NCBI GenBank assembly: GCA_013203315.1 | Contig: JABMQJ010000018.1 | Coordinates: 1-64,000, forward strand | Length of the DNA stretch: 64,000 nt | Direction: 5' to 3' | DNA from: Candidatus Omnitrophota bacterium | GTDB taxonomy: Bacteria > Omnitrophota > Gorgyraeia > JABMRN01 > RBG-13-46-9 | Shown: positions 9,033 through 18,020 of the stretch, piece after piece | How positions within the stretch are numbered: the stretch's first letter is position 1 | How the letters are laid out: each line of letters opens with the position of its first letter | The notes under the pieces: generated by a model | The model's database searches: none | Told to the model about the DNA's origin: nothing | The model's input: only the letters and a program-made list of their open reading frames with translations | Position numbers and translations under genes: made by a program

Positions 9033-10201
9033 GCACACGTAATCGAAAGATACTGATTGTTACAGGATCGCGCGCAGAGTACGGACTGCTTTATTGGGTT
9101 ATAAGGAAGATACACGAAAATCCCGACTTGGAATTACAGCTAATTGTTACTGGAACACACCTTTCACCAAAATTTGGACTAACAATAAAAGAAATAGAAA
9201 GTGACGGCTTTCCTATAAGAGGCAGGGTGAAAATACCCCTTTCATCGGATTCCAGTAAGGCAATATCTATAGCAATGGGGCATGCTATAATTGGTTTCGC
9301 AAGTATATATGCACGCTTAAGACCAGATATAATAGTTGTTTTAGGTGATCGCTTCGAAATTCATGCAGCGGTAAGTGCCGCTATACCTTTTGGGATTCCA
9401 ATCGCACATATTCATGGCGGAGAATTGACAGAAGGGGTTTTTGACGAGCAGTTGAGACACTCTATTACGAAAATGAGCCATATTCACTTTGCTTCTACAA
9501 AAGTTTATAGAAAAAGAATTATACAGATGGGGGAGAGGCCTAAATACGTTTTTTGTTTCGGCTCTCCGGCAATAGATAACATTTTAGGAACTAAGCTTCT
9601 AGAGAGGAAAGACCTATATAAAAACCTTGGCATACCAGAGGGTAAAAAAATTGGGATATGCACCTATCATCCTACTTCGCTGGGGCTAAGTAGTAAGGGA
9701 AGTGAAATTGGCGGATTACTTGATTCTATCAGGGAGACGAAAGAACTATGGTGGGTTTTTACTGCATGTAATGCAGATACAGGAAATCGAGCAATAATTA
9801 AAGAGATTAAAAATTTTGTCAAAAAAAATCACAAAATATGCAAATTCTATATGTCATTGGGGCGGCGAAGATATTTGTCTCTTTTGAAAAATACATCCCT
9901 TATGATAGGTAATTCTTCAAGTGGCATTATAGAGGCGCCTAGCTTTAAACTACCTGTTATAAATATCGGAGATAGGCAAAAAGGAAGAATAAGAGCGAAA
10001 AACGTTATCGATATTAAGAAGTGTGAAAAAAAACTAGTTTCAAATGCTATAAAACGTGCCGTTTCACCAAAATTTAAAGATAGCATAAAAAGGGTAAGAA
10101 ACCCGTATGGTTCAGGCAAATCCAGCAAGAAAATCGTAAATACGCTAAAAAGAATATCCATAGATGAAAAGTTGATTAAAAAAGAATTCTATGAAACTTA
10201 A
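9029..10201 (+). CDS. neuC: hydrolysing NDP-N-acetylhexosamine 2-epimerase (NeuC/LegG)
   Basis: TGSRAEYGLL, GTHLS..FG, LGDRFE, HIHGGE, RHSITKMSH, GNSSSGIIEAP, GDRQKGR, NPYG.G. Confidence 0.92.
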   Translation: MSTRNRKILIVTGSRAEYGLLYWVIRKIHENPDLELQLIVTGTHLSPKFGLTIKEIESDGFPIRGRVKIPLSSDSSKAISIAMGHAIIGFASIYARLRPDIIVVLGDRFEIHAAVSAAIPFGIPIAHIHGGELTEGVFDEQLRHSITKMSHIHFASTKVYRKRIIQMGERPKYVFCFGSPAIDNILGTKLLERKDLYKNLGIPEGKKIGICTYHPTSLGLSSKGSEIGGLLDSIRETKELWWVFTACNADTGNRAIIKEIKNFVKKNHKICKFYMSLGRRRYLSLLKNTSLMIGNSSSGIIEAPSFKLPVINIGDRQKGRIRAKNVIDIKKCEKKLVSNAIKRAVSPKFKDSIKRVRNPYGSGKSSKKIVNTLKRISIDEKLIKKEFYET

Positions 10202-11630
10202 AGTAGTAATTATTAATCCTCCCATACGCTTAACCGATAAGCCGAGACATATTCCGCACGGCTTGGCAATACTTGCTAATATAATTCGGAAAAAGCTTGG
10301 GATAGCACCTGTTTTTATCGATATTAACGCACATCGCTATAGTGATAAGAAAGTCCAGTCGATCTTGGAAACGATGCAATTCGATGTTGTTCTTATCGGA
10401 GGATTGATACCCGTTTATAAAAGGATTATTTTCTATGCGGATATGATCAAACGAATAAATCCAAAGGCCATAATTATTGCTGGTGGAAGTGCTGCGATGT
10501 CAGTTCCGGAATTGTTGTTGAGGAATTCAAAAGTCGACTGCATATGTGCTGGAGAAGGCGAAAAAGTTATCATTGATATCCTTAATGGGTTAGAAAACTA
10601 TGCCCTGAAGGAGCTGACTCACATTAAAGGATTTTACTTTAAAATAGGCGATGAAATATTATGTTCGGGAAAACCCGATTTATTGAAAAAACTCGATTTA
10701 GAAAGTGATATCCCAGCCTACGACTTGCTTCCGATGGATATATATTTATCGAACCCGTCGGTAGGGCTCGGAAAAGATGTGGATTTTATTTCAAGTCGTG
10801 GTTGTCCTTTCAGTTGCACCTTTTGCTATCAACCCTGGGGCAGAAGATTCAGGGCTCATTCCCCAGATTTCATTATAGATGCGCTTAAATATCTCAAGAA
10901 ACGCTATCGTATAGATTTTTTGTCTTTTCAGGATGACGAATTTTTGGCAGATAGAAAACGCGTATATGAATTATGTGAAAAAATTGGAAAACATATCCCC
11001 AATCTATTATGGTCATGTACAGGAAGGGCGAATCTTGTTACGGATGAACTGGTTGGCGCTATGAAGAATGCGGGATGTGTCTCAATTTCTTACGGGTTTG
11101 AATCTGGCTCTCAGAGAATATTGGATTCCATGAATAAAAAAGTAACGATAAATGATATGCAAAATGCAATTATGTTAAACAGAAAGTATGGGATGATGCT
11201 TCCCGTATCTTTTATGATCGGTATGCCGGAAGAAGACGAGGAGTCGTGCAGGGAGACTGTTGAATTTTGCGTAAGGAACAATATTCCGCTAAGATCCATG
11301 ATGTTTGTAACGCCCTATCCTGGAACGCAGTTATTTGAGGATGCCGTTTCTGGGGGGCGTATTGAAAGGAATAAAATACATGATTTTGTTATGTCCCTAG
11401 AAGATGCTAGGGATTTTACTATTAATTTAACCGATGTATTTACCGATGAGGGTTTAATTTTAAAACGCGCAGAGATGATAAAGAATGTGTGTTCACGAGT
11501 TAAATTGGAATCCAAAGAACATTATAAGGCTAAAGTGGAAAGTTTGTTTGGAGATTTAGCCAACGATTATTTTGAAAACGAAGTATTATTAAAACACCGC
11601 ACCGAACACGGCGGTATGGATATTTTTTAG
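10191..11630 (+). CDS. cobalamin-binding radical SAM protein
   Basis: N-terminal B12-binding-like domain (P.GLA.LA, IIAGG, GEGE), SSRGCPFSCTFC, GFESGSQRIL, PYPGT. Confidence 0.9.
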   Translation: MKLKVVIINPPIRLTDKPRHIPHGLAILANIIRKKLGIAPVFIDINAHRYSDKKVQSILETMQFDVVLIGGLIPVYKRIIFYADMIKRINPKAIIIAGGSAAMSVPELLLRNSKVDCICAGEGEKVIIDILNGLENYALKELTHIKGFYFKIGDEILCSGKPDLLKKLDLESDIPAYDLLPMDIYLSNPSVGLGKDVDFISSRGCPFSCTFCYQPWGRRFRAHSPDFIIDALKYLKKRYRIDFLSFQDDEFLADRKRVYELCEKIGKHIPNLLWSCTGRANLVTDELVGAMKNAGCVSISYGFESGSQRILDSMNKKVTINDMQNAIMLNRKYGMMLPVSFMIGMPEEDEESCRETVEFCVRNNIPLRSMMFVTPYPGTQLFEDAVSGGRIERNKIHDFVMSLEDARDFTINLTDVFTDEGLILKRAEMIKNVCSRVKLESKEHYKAKVESLFGDLANDYFENEVLLKHRTEHGGMDIF

Positions 11631-11635
11631 AGACT

Positions 11636-12352
11636 ATGAAGATATTATCAGTAATCTGTGCACGATCAGGTAGCAAGGGATTGAAGAATAAATGCGTGAC
11701 TAGGATTGGAGATAAGATGGTCATCGAGTACTCCATTGATTATTCGCTTTCTCTGGGAAATGACGTAAAGACGGTTGTATCAACGGATATCGATGAGGTG
11801 ATAACTTATTGTAAAGTTAATGGAGTTGATTACATAGCAAGGGATGAGAGTTTGTGTGGAGATAATACCAAGATCGAAGATGTCCTGGCTGATGCAATTA
11901 AAAAAAAGGGAAGAGGGCGCACATGTTGTAGCCTTGTTTACGGCAACATTCCAGTACGCTATCCACGAATGTTTCACAAGGCAGTGAGGTTTCTGGAGGA
12001 TAATATCGATTACGATGCAGTAATCAGCATGCAAAGGGTGGAGAAGTTTCACCCGGATTGGATGTTCCCATATAACAATGGACTCTTACCAAAGATGGAA
12101 GAGGTCCACTATAGAAGACAAAGTCTATCTCCTAAAATGATACCCGACGGCCATACGCTATTATTCAAAATCAGGAAATTTGTGACAAAACACAAAGGAA
12201 TCCGTCCGTATCGTAAAGAATATAGATATTCCATCTTTGGAGATAAAATCAGGTCGTTAACGACAGATAAACTAATTATTGATATTGATACGAAAAAAGA
12301 CTTACATCTTGCCGAAGCATTCTTACAGGCAAAAAGGTCTTATAAGAAATGA
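11636..12352 (+). CDS. neuA: acylneuraminate (nonulosonate) cytidylyltransferase family protein
   Basis: ARSGSKGLKNK, VSTD, RRQ.L, IDIDT..D. Confidence 0.8.
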   Translation: MKILSVICARSGSKGLKNKCVTRIGDKMVIEYSIDYSLSLGNDVKTVVSTDIDEVITYCKVNGVDYIARDESLCGDNTKIEDVLADAIKKKGRGRTCCSLVYGNIPVRYPRMFHKAVRFLEDNIDYDAVISMQRVEKFHPDWMFPYNNGLLPKMEEVHYRRQSLSPKMIPDGHTLLFKIRKFVTKHKGIRPYRKEYRYSIFGDKIRSLTTDKLIIDIDTKKDLHLAEAFLQAKRSYKK

Positions 12353-12368
12353 ACGATAAGGAAGTGGT

Positions 12369-13391
12369 TTGAAAATGTACAGATTTGATAATCATATTGC
12401 TGCTTATGACGAATCGCGGCGCTACAATCGCAAAGGAGAAATAGCAGCCTTCCCTCCTTATGTTACTTTTGAACTGGGAAATAGCTGTAATTTTTCGTGC
12501 ATTATGTGCCGTAAGACCTACATTAAGGAAAAGAAAGAAGAGCTAGATTTTTCAGTATTTAAGAAATGCGTAGACGAAATATCAAATTATGGAAGTCTGG
12601 TGAGATTTATAGGTTACTGCGAGCCGCTTCTCTATAGCAAAATAAAAGATGCTATACGATACGTAAAGAAAAAAGGACTACGTTTGCATATTACGACAAA
12701 TGGTAGCCTTTTAAACAGAGAGATGATAAATGCAATACTCGAAAACGAAGTAGATAGCGTAATTTTTTCTTTTCAAGGATTTACGCAAGAAGAAGATTGC
12801 TTTATGCGAAATATCTCTTGTAAAACCTACTCTAATGTAGTGAATAAAATAAAATTGCTGCATAAAAGTAGAAAATCTGAAAAGCCATATATTACCATAA
12901 GTACCACAATCACAAGTCGTGATAATCCGGAATATGAAACTGAATTTATAAAAAGACATATGTGTTATGCGGACCAAGTTCAAGTTACTGGAGCCACGCA
13001 TTTTGCGTTTATCGAGGATGAGTCCGGTATAAGAGATATAGAGAAAAAACTGGGGCTCAATAAGCCGCGAAAGCTGAAAAATGTGAAATGTTTTTTAACT
13101 AATTATGAGATGAAAATTGCAGAAAATGGAAATGTTTATATGTGTTGCGGTTCATTTACCGATGAACTTAATATCGGCAACATAGAGAAGAATACTCTCT
13201 TTAATATGTGGCACTCCGAAAAAGCTATGAAAATTAGGGAAACGTTGGCATTCGGCGATCTGGATAAATTCAAGAACTGCAGGGCTTGCCAGATACGCTA
13301 CGACTATGACAAAATAGGTAATACGATAATGAATACGATGAAGGGAAAGAACAAAAAAAAGAAGATGGAACTCTATGCAGAAGAAAGATAG
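12369..13391 (+). CDS. radical SAM protein with SPASM/twitch domain
   Basis: CNFSCIMC, EPLL, TTNG, and C-terminal C...G.V..CC...IGNI...W...CRAC; TTG start. Confidence 0.88.
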   Translation: MKMYRFDNHIAAYDESRRYNRKGEIAAFPPYVTFELGNSCNFSCIMCRKTYIKEKKEELDFSVFKKCVDEISNYGSLVRFIGYCEPLLYSKIKDAIRYVKKKGLRLHITTNGSLLNREMINAILENEVDSVIFSFQGFTQEEDCFMRNISCKTYSNVVNKIKLLHKSRKSEKPYITISTTITSRDNPEYETEFIKRHMCYADQVQVTGATHFAFIEDESGIRDIEKKLGLNKPRKLKNVKCFLTNYEMKIAENGNVYMCCGSFTDELNIGNIEKNTLFNMWHSEKAMKIRETLAFGDLDKFKNCRACQIRYDYDKIGNTIMNTMKGKNKKKKMELYAEER

Positions 13392-14532
13392 TATAGAAAC
13401 TTTTCAACGCAACACAAAAGCAATTACGTATTGCACGCGGTGCCTTATGCCCTCGACTCGACCGTGGATTAATCACAACGAACACGGTGCCTGTAACGCC
13501 TGCGAGAATGCCGAGGCCAAAAAAAGAAACATAGACTGGAAGGCAAGATGGAAAGAGCTCGAGAAGATATGCGATAAATACAGATCAAAAGGCGATACAT
13601 TTGATTGCATCGTTCCTTGCAGTGGCGGGAAAGACGGTTCTATTGTTGCCTGGAAACTGAAACATGAGATGGGAATGCACCCTTTGTGCATAACACTTGC
13701 ACCACAACTTCCCACAAAAATAGGAATAGAGAATTTGCACAATTTCATAAATTCCGGGTTTGATCATTTATTGATTACACCAAACCCGCAAAATGAGAAA
13801 AAGATCGCTCTATTTGGAATGACTGAACAGGGAAGGCCTCGATTAAGCACCGTGCTTGGACAAACCACTGCTTTGGTGAACGCGGCAGTCAAGTTTAAGA
13901 TCCCTCTTATCGTGTACGGCGAAGAAGGGCACAGCGAGTATGGAGGCGTTACCCATATGGGTACAAAATCGCACTTCACAAAAGAAGAAAGAATACAGCT
14001 TTATTTCAGTGGTAATGACCCTGACAAAATTGCCGAAAAGATAGGGATAAAGAGAAAAGACCTTCCGTGGATGCGTTTTCCGACACTACAGGAGCTACAG
14101 AGCGTAGGAATTCTATGGCTTCACTGGTCATATTTTGAAAAATGGAATCAATATGAGCACTATCTGCTTGCCAAGCGGCATTGCGAATTTAAGACATTAC
14201 CCCAGCGCAGCATAGGTACGTATACAAATTTTGCGCAACTTGACGATGATATGCAAGACTTGCATGTTTATTTTATGTTTTTAAAATTTGGATTTGGAAG
14301 GACAACCTCCGATGCATGCATAGATGTGCGCAGGGGAGCGCTTGATAGAAAACAGGCGCTTGCATTAGTAAGAAGATATGATGGAGAATACCCAGAATCT
14401 TTAATCCCACATTTTCTAGACTATTTTAGCATGACGAAAGAACAATTTGACAGCATCATTGACAAGTGGGCAAATAGAGAAGTTCTGACAAAAGTAAATG
14501 GGATTTGGAAACTAAAAGAACTACCTTCTTAA
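13375..14532 (+). CDS. N-acetyl sugar amidotransferase (WbuX/PseA/PtmG family; acetamidino-forming type)
   Basis: YCTRC.MP.TRP, CNAC, PP-loop CSGGKDG, YGEE, FLKFGFGR.T.D; followed by hisH- and hisF-like genes. Confidence 0.88.
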   Translation: MQKKDSIETFQRNTKAITYCTRCLMPSTRPWINHNEHGACNACENAEAKKRNIDWKARWKELEKICDKYRSKGDTFDCIVPCSGGKDGSIVAWKLKHEMGMHPLCITLAPQLPTKIGIENLHNFINSGFDHLLITPNPQNEKKIALFGMTEQGRPRLSTVLGQTTALVNAAVKFKIPLIVYGEEGHSEYGGVTHMGTKSHFTKEERIQLYFSGNDPDKIAEKIGIKRKDLPWMRFPTLQELQSVGILWLHWSYFEKWNQYEHYLLAKRHCEFKTLPQRSIGTYTNFAQLDDDMQDLHVYFMFLKFGFGRTTSDACIDVRRGALDRKQALALVRRYDGEYPESLIPHFLDYFSMTKEQFDSIIDKWANREVLTKVNGIWKLKELPS

Positions 14533-14543
14533 GAGGATACCAG

Positions 14544-15161
14544 ATGGTTTCTATCGTAAATTATAAGATGGGAAATATCCGTTCGATACAGAACGCGTTG
14601 TCGTATCTGGGTGTTGACTCTCGTGTGATAGATTCGCCCGAGGAGATATTGACCAGTAAGAAACTGATTCTTCCGGGAGTCGGTTCTTTCCGTGTTGCCA
14701 TGGAGCACATACGGGCGATGAAGCTCTTTGAGGCCCTGAATGAGGCTGCATTAAAACAAGGAGTTCCTCTCCTTGGTATCTGTTTAGGAATGCAGTTATT
14801 GGCAACTGAAGGTGAAGAGGAAGGCCCTACCAAGGGTTTTGGCTGGATTCCTGGCAGGGTAAAACGCTTTTCACCTGAAAGATTATCCATAAAGGTGCCG
14901 CACATAGGTTTCAATACAGTATATTTTGAGCCCAAATCCAAAACTCTATTTGAAGGGTTGGAAACTTGCGCTGATTTTTATTTCGTCCATAGCTACAGAA
15001 TGATATGTGAGGAGCCCGAAAAATGCGTTTCATCATGGGCAGATTATGGTGAACGTTTTGTAGCCAGCGTAGAGCATCGCAATATCTTCGGTACTCAATT
15101 CCATCCGGAGAAAAGCCAAAGCAACGGCCTGACAGTGCTTAAGAATTTTTGTGCAATTTAA
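14544..15161 (+). CDS. hisH: class I glutamine amidotransferase, HisH/WbuY-like
   Basis: NYKMGNI.S, LPGVGSF, LGICLGMQ (catalytic Cys), PHIG.N, YFVHSY, QFHPEKS. ATG at 14544 after SD GAGGA; the track's TTG at 14505 overlaps the previous gene. Confidence 0.9.
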   Translation: MVSIVNYKMGNIRSIQNALSYLGVDSRVIDSPEEILTSKKLILPGVGSFRVAMEHIRAMKLFEALNEAALKQGVPLLGICLGMQLLATEGEEEGPTKGFGWIPGRVKRFSPERLSIKVPHIGFNTVYFEPKSKTLFEGLETCADFYFVHSYRMICEEPEKCVSSWADYGERFVASVEHRNIFGTQFHPEKSQSNGLTVLKNFCAI

Positions 15162-15171
15162 GGTGTAATAA

Positions 15172-16002
15172 ATGGCAAAGAACCGTCTAATCTTTACTTT
15201 GTTGATGCAGGAAGGGACTTACATGCTGAGTCGAAATTTTTCTCTCCAATCAGTAGGTGGGTTAGACTGGATAAAAGAATTCTATAATTTCGACGCTATA
15301 ACTTTTTCTATTGACGAGCTTATCGTATTAAATGTAGAAAGAGGAGTGAGAAAAATCGATGAATTTTCGAAGAATCTAGCGGAATTAAACAAAGGTTGTT
15401 TTATGCCTTTGGCTGTCGGAGGAGGCATACGGACAATGGAACACGCCTACTCTCTTTTGAATGCGGGAGCCGATAAATTGATTATAAACACCCCTTTGAT
15501 TGAAGAGCCAAAATTTGTAAGTTCACTGGTTAAGACCTTTGGTAGCCAATGCATCATTGCTTCTATTGATTATAGAGTGAAAAAAGACGGTGACAATACG
15601 GTTTGTATCCGTAACGGATCTCACCCTACAGGTAAAGGGGTGGATGAAGTTGTAAAAATTGCCAGAAATCTTGGTTGTGGAGAAATTTACCTCACTTCTA
15701 TAGATAAAGATGGAACAGGCGAGGGGCTTGATTTGGAATTAATTAGACAAGTTACGTCTACGGCCACAGTTCCGGTAATCGCTTCTGGCGGGGTAGGCAA
15801 ATTTGGACATTTTACGGAGGGCTTATTACAGGGTAAGGCCGAAGCGGTTTCAACAGCCAACCTTTTCAACTTCATAGAGGATGGATTAATCGAAGCCAGA
15901 TCAGATATGCAGAAAGAAGGAATAAAAATGGCTAGCTGGAATTTTAGTTTTTATAGTACAGTTCCGGAAAAAGTCGGATATAGTAAAAAAAGAAGCCAAT
16001 AG
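15172..16002 (+). CDS. hisF: HisF/WbuZ-like TIM-barrel subunit
   Basis: PLAVGGGIR, AGADK, FGSQCI..SID, GEI.LTSIDKDGT..G.D, PVIASGG; lacks the HisF N-terminal CLD catalytic Asp. Confidence 0.85.
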   Translation: MAKNRLIFTLLMQEGTYMLSRNFSLQSVGGLDWIKEFYNFDAITFSIDELIVLNVERGVRKIDEFSKNLAELNKGCFMPLAVGGGIRTMEHAYSLLNAGADKLIINTPLIEEPKFVSSLVKTFGSQCIIASIDYRVKKDGDNTVCIRNGSHPTGKGVDEVVKIARNLGCGEIYLTSIDKDGTGEGLDLELIRQVTSTATVPVIASGGVGKFGHFTEGLLQGKAEAVSTANLFNFIEDGLIEARSDMQKEGIKMASWNFSFYSTVPEKVGYSKKRSQ

Positions 16003-16050
16003 CATGATTGCTATCGATACATAAAAATAGAATTAGCACTTCGCAAAAAT

Positions 16051-17055
16051 ATGAAAGGAAAGTTTTTTATGAAATGCGGCATTACTCAAAACATAGCAAA
16101 AAATCTCGTTTTTATTGATGGTATTACTCGTAGCGGCAAGTCAGTTTTTACAGGGATAATACCTTCATTGAGAGATTTTGAACATATACAATTTTATCTC
16201 CTGATGGAGTTAATGATACCGGCTGTTTCTCTTGGCCTTACGGATGCGGAATACGTAAAAACTGTACTTCGCCTCCATATGGGCGAAGTCGCATATAATT
16301 TGTTATTGGCCAGAGGAATGAATTTCAGGTATGAAGATGAAACAGGGGTTTTGAATTACAAAGATCCTCAAGTTTACTACGAACGCCTAGCAAGGCAGGA
16401 GGGTGATAAGATAATCGAAGACTTGCTTTGCCATAAACGTTTTATCCCTTTCCATACACATGATTTACTTGTAAATCTAGAACATCTTAATAAGATGGAT
16501 ATCGACTATAAAATGATATCGGTATTTAGGCACCCAATAGACAATAGTCATTCATGGTGGACGCGGGGCTGGGGAGAGCGTTTTGGCGTTGACCCCAGGT
16601 CGTTTACTTTTTGCATCGATTACGAAGGAAAGTTAGTGCCATGGTATGTAGCAGGATTTGAGAAAGAATGGCTAGAATTAAATCCCAAGGAAAGGTGTAT
16701 AAAAACCTCAATAAGCCTTATAAAGCGTGCCGTTAATCAATATAAAAATACGTCAGAAAAGAATAAAATTCACCTAATAAAGTTTAAGGATTTTGTTCAA
16801 AATCCTCACGAGCAGATAGAAAAAATTTGTGCTTTTCTTAATACAAACACCACGCAACATACAGAGCATTTTATCCGCAAGGCCAAATGCCCGCGCGTGC
16901 TGAATCTCAAAGAAAGAGATTCGAATCTCGCAGAATTAAAGTCCGGTGTTAAGAAGGAAATATTTGAGTTGTTGTTAGAAACGTCCGAATCATATGAGAC
17001 TGATTTCTACGGCTTGCATAAAAAAGAAAATCTAGCGAAAGAAAAGATGGTTTAA
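16051..17055 (+). CDS. putative sulfotransferase
   Basis: FIDGITRSGKS (5'-PSB-like), FRHPID..HSW (3'-PB-like), F.DF..NP...I..IC.FL. A possible alternative start is ATG 16069 with SD AAGGA. Confidence 0.7.
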   Translation: MKGKFFMKCGITQNIAKNLVFIDGITRSGKSVFTGIIPSLRDFEHIQFYLLMELMIPAVSLGLTDAEYVKTVLRLHMGEVAYNLLLARGMNFRYEDETGVLNYKDPQVYYERLARQEGDKIIEDLLCHKRFIPFHTHDLLVNLEHLNKMDIDYKMISVFRHPIDNSHSWWTRGWGERFGVDPRSFTFCIDYEGKLVPWYVAGFEKEWLELNPKERCIKTSISLIKRAVNQYKNTSEKNKIHLIKFKDFVQNPHEQIEKICAFLNTNTTQHTEHFIRKAKCPRVLNLKERDSNLAELKSGVKKEIFELLLETSESYETDFYGLHKKENLAKEKMV

Positions 17056-17060
17056 ACACA

Positions 17061-18020
17061 ATGGCTAAAAGTGTTGTAAAAAAATATTTTGAAGAAAATG
17101 CAGAATCCTGGGTGGCAGATGGCTACGGAGACGACGGTTATACTTATCCTGTTGGTCACCATCGAACACGCATTGTCCTTAAAGTGCTCTCAGGGTTAGG
17201 CAACTCATTAAAAGTCGTCGATTTAGGTTGCGGAGGAGGTCAGCTTTCTTGCGCATTAGCTGAAAGCGGGCACACCGTTGTCGGAATAGACCAATCTGAC
17301 AAAATGGTTAATATTGCTCAGAAAAACCGAAGTACCTTACCAGCAAAACTTCAGAAAAGAATTAACATAATACGTTGCCCGATAGAAAGTAACAATCTTA
17401 AAGAGCATTCTTTTGACGCCGTAACGGCAATGGGTCTTATAGGATATCTACGCGATGACAATATACTTTTTAAAATTGCGCACCGGTTATTAAAACCAAA
17501 CGGCATTTTTTTAGTGTCATGCAGAAACAGACTTTTTAACATGGTAAGCATAACACCCAAGACGAAAAGAGAGATAAGAAGCAAAACTGCTATGCCTTTA
17601 ATATCAGAGCTGGAAAGCCTGTATAAAACTGTCTCGAAAAAAGATGCTGACGAGCTGGTGCAAAGGTTTAAACACATCACTGCCAGCTTACCGAACAAGA
17701 CAATGTATGGCAAGATGGACATGTTGTCTCCGGCGGAAAAACTTAACGCGAATCCCTATCGCACACAAGTCGAAGCGCGTCAGCATACACCAAAAAATTT
17801 ATTGCGCACCGCTATGAAATTTGGTTTTTCCAATAAAGCGTATTACGGCGTTCATCCGCACATAATTGCTCCGCCTGCGAACCGATTGTTACCGCCTGGT
17901 ATTTTTAACAAAATTTCAAATTGCCTGGAAGCACTGGAGCACTTACCTGTTAGTTTAATATGGAGTTCTGTTTTTATAGGTGTTTTTAAGAAGAAAAAAG
18001 AGAAGAATCATGAAAAATGA
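17061..18020 (+). CDS. class I SAM-dependent methyltransferase
   Basis: VVDLGCGGG, GIDQS..M, FDAV...G, RLLKPNG. Confidence 0.88.
   Translation: MAKSVVKKYFEENAESWVADGYGDDGYTYPVGHHRTRIVLKVLSGLGNSLKVVDLGCGGGQLSCALAESGHTVVGIDQSDKMVNIAQKNRSTLPAKLQKRINIIRCPIESNNLKEHSFDAVTAMGLIGYLRDDNILFKIAHRLLKPNGIFLVSCRNRLFNMVSITPKTKREIRSKTAMPLISELESLYKTVSKKDADELVQRFKHITASLPNKTMYGKMDMLSPAEKLNANPYRTQVEARQHTPKNLLRTAMKFGFSNKAYYGVHPHIIAPPANRLLPPGIFNKISNCLEALEHLPVSLIWSSVFIGVFKKKKEKNHEK

Noticed and set aside
14544-16002. hisH/hisF as a histidine biosynthesis operon
   Set aside because: No other his genes are present, they follow a sugar amidotransferase, and the HisF-like protein lacks the first catalytic Asp.
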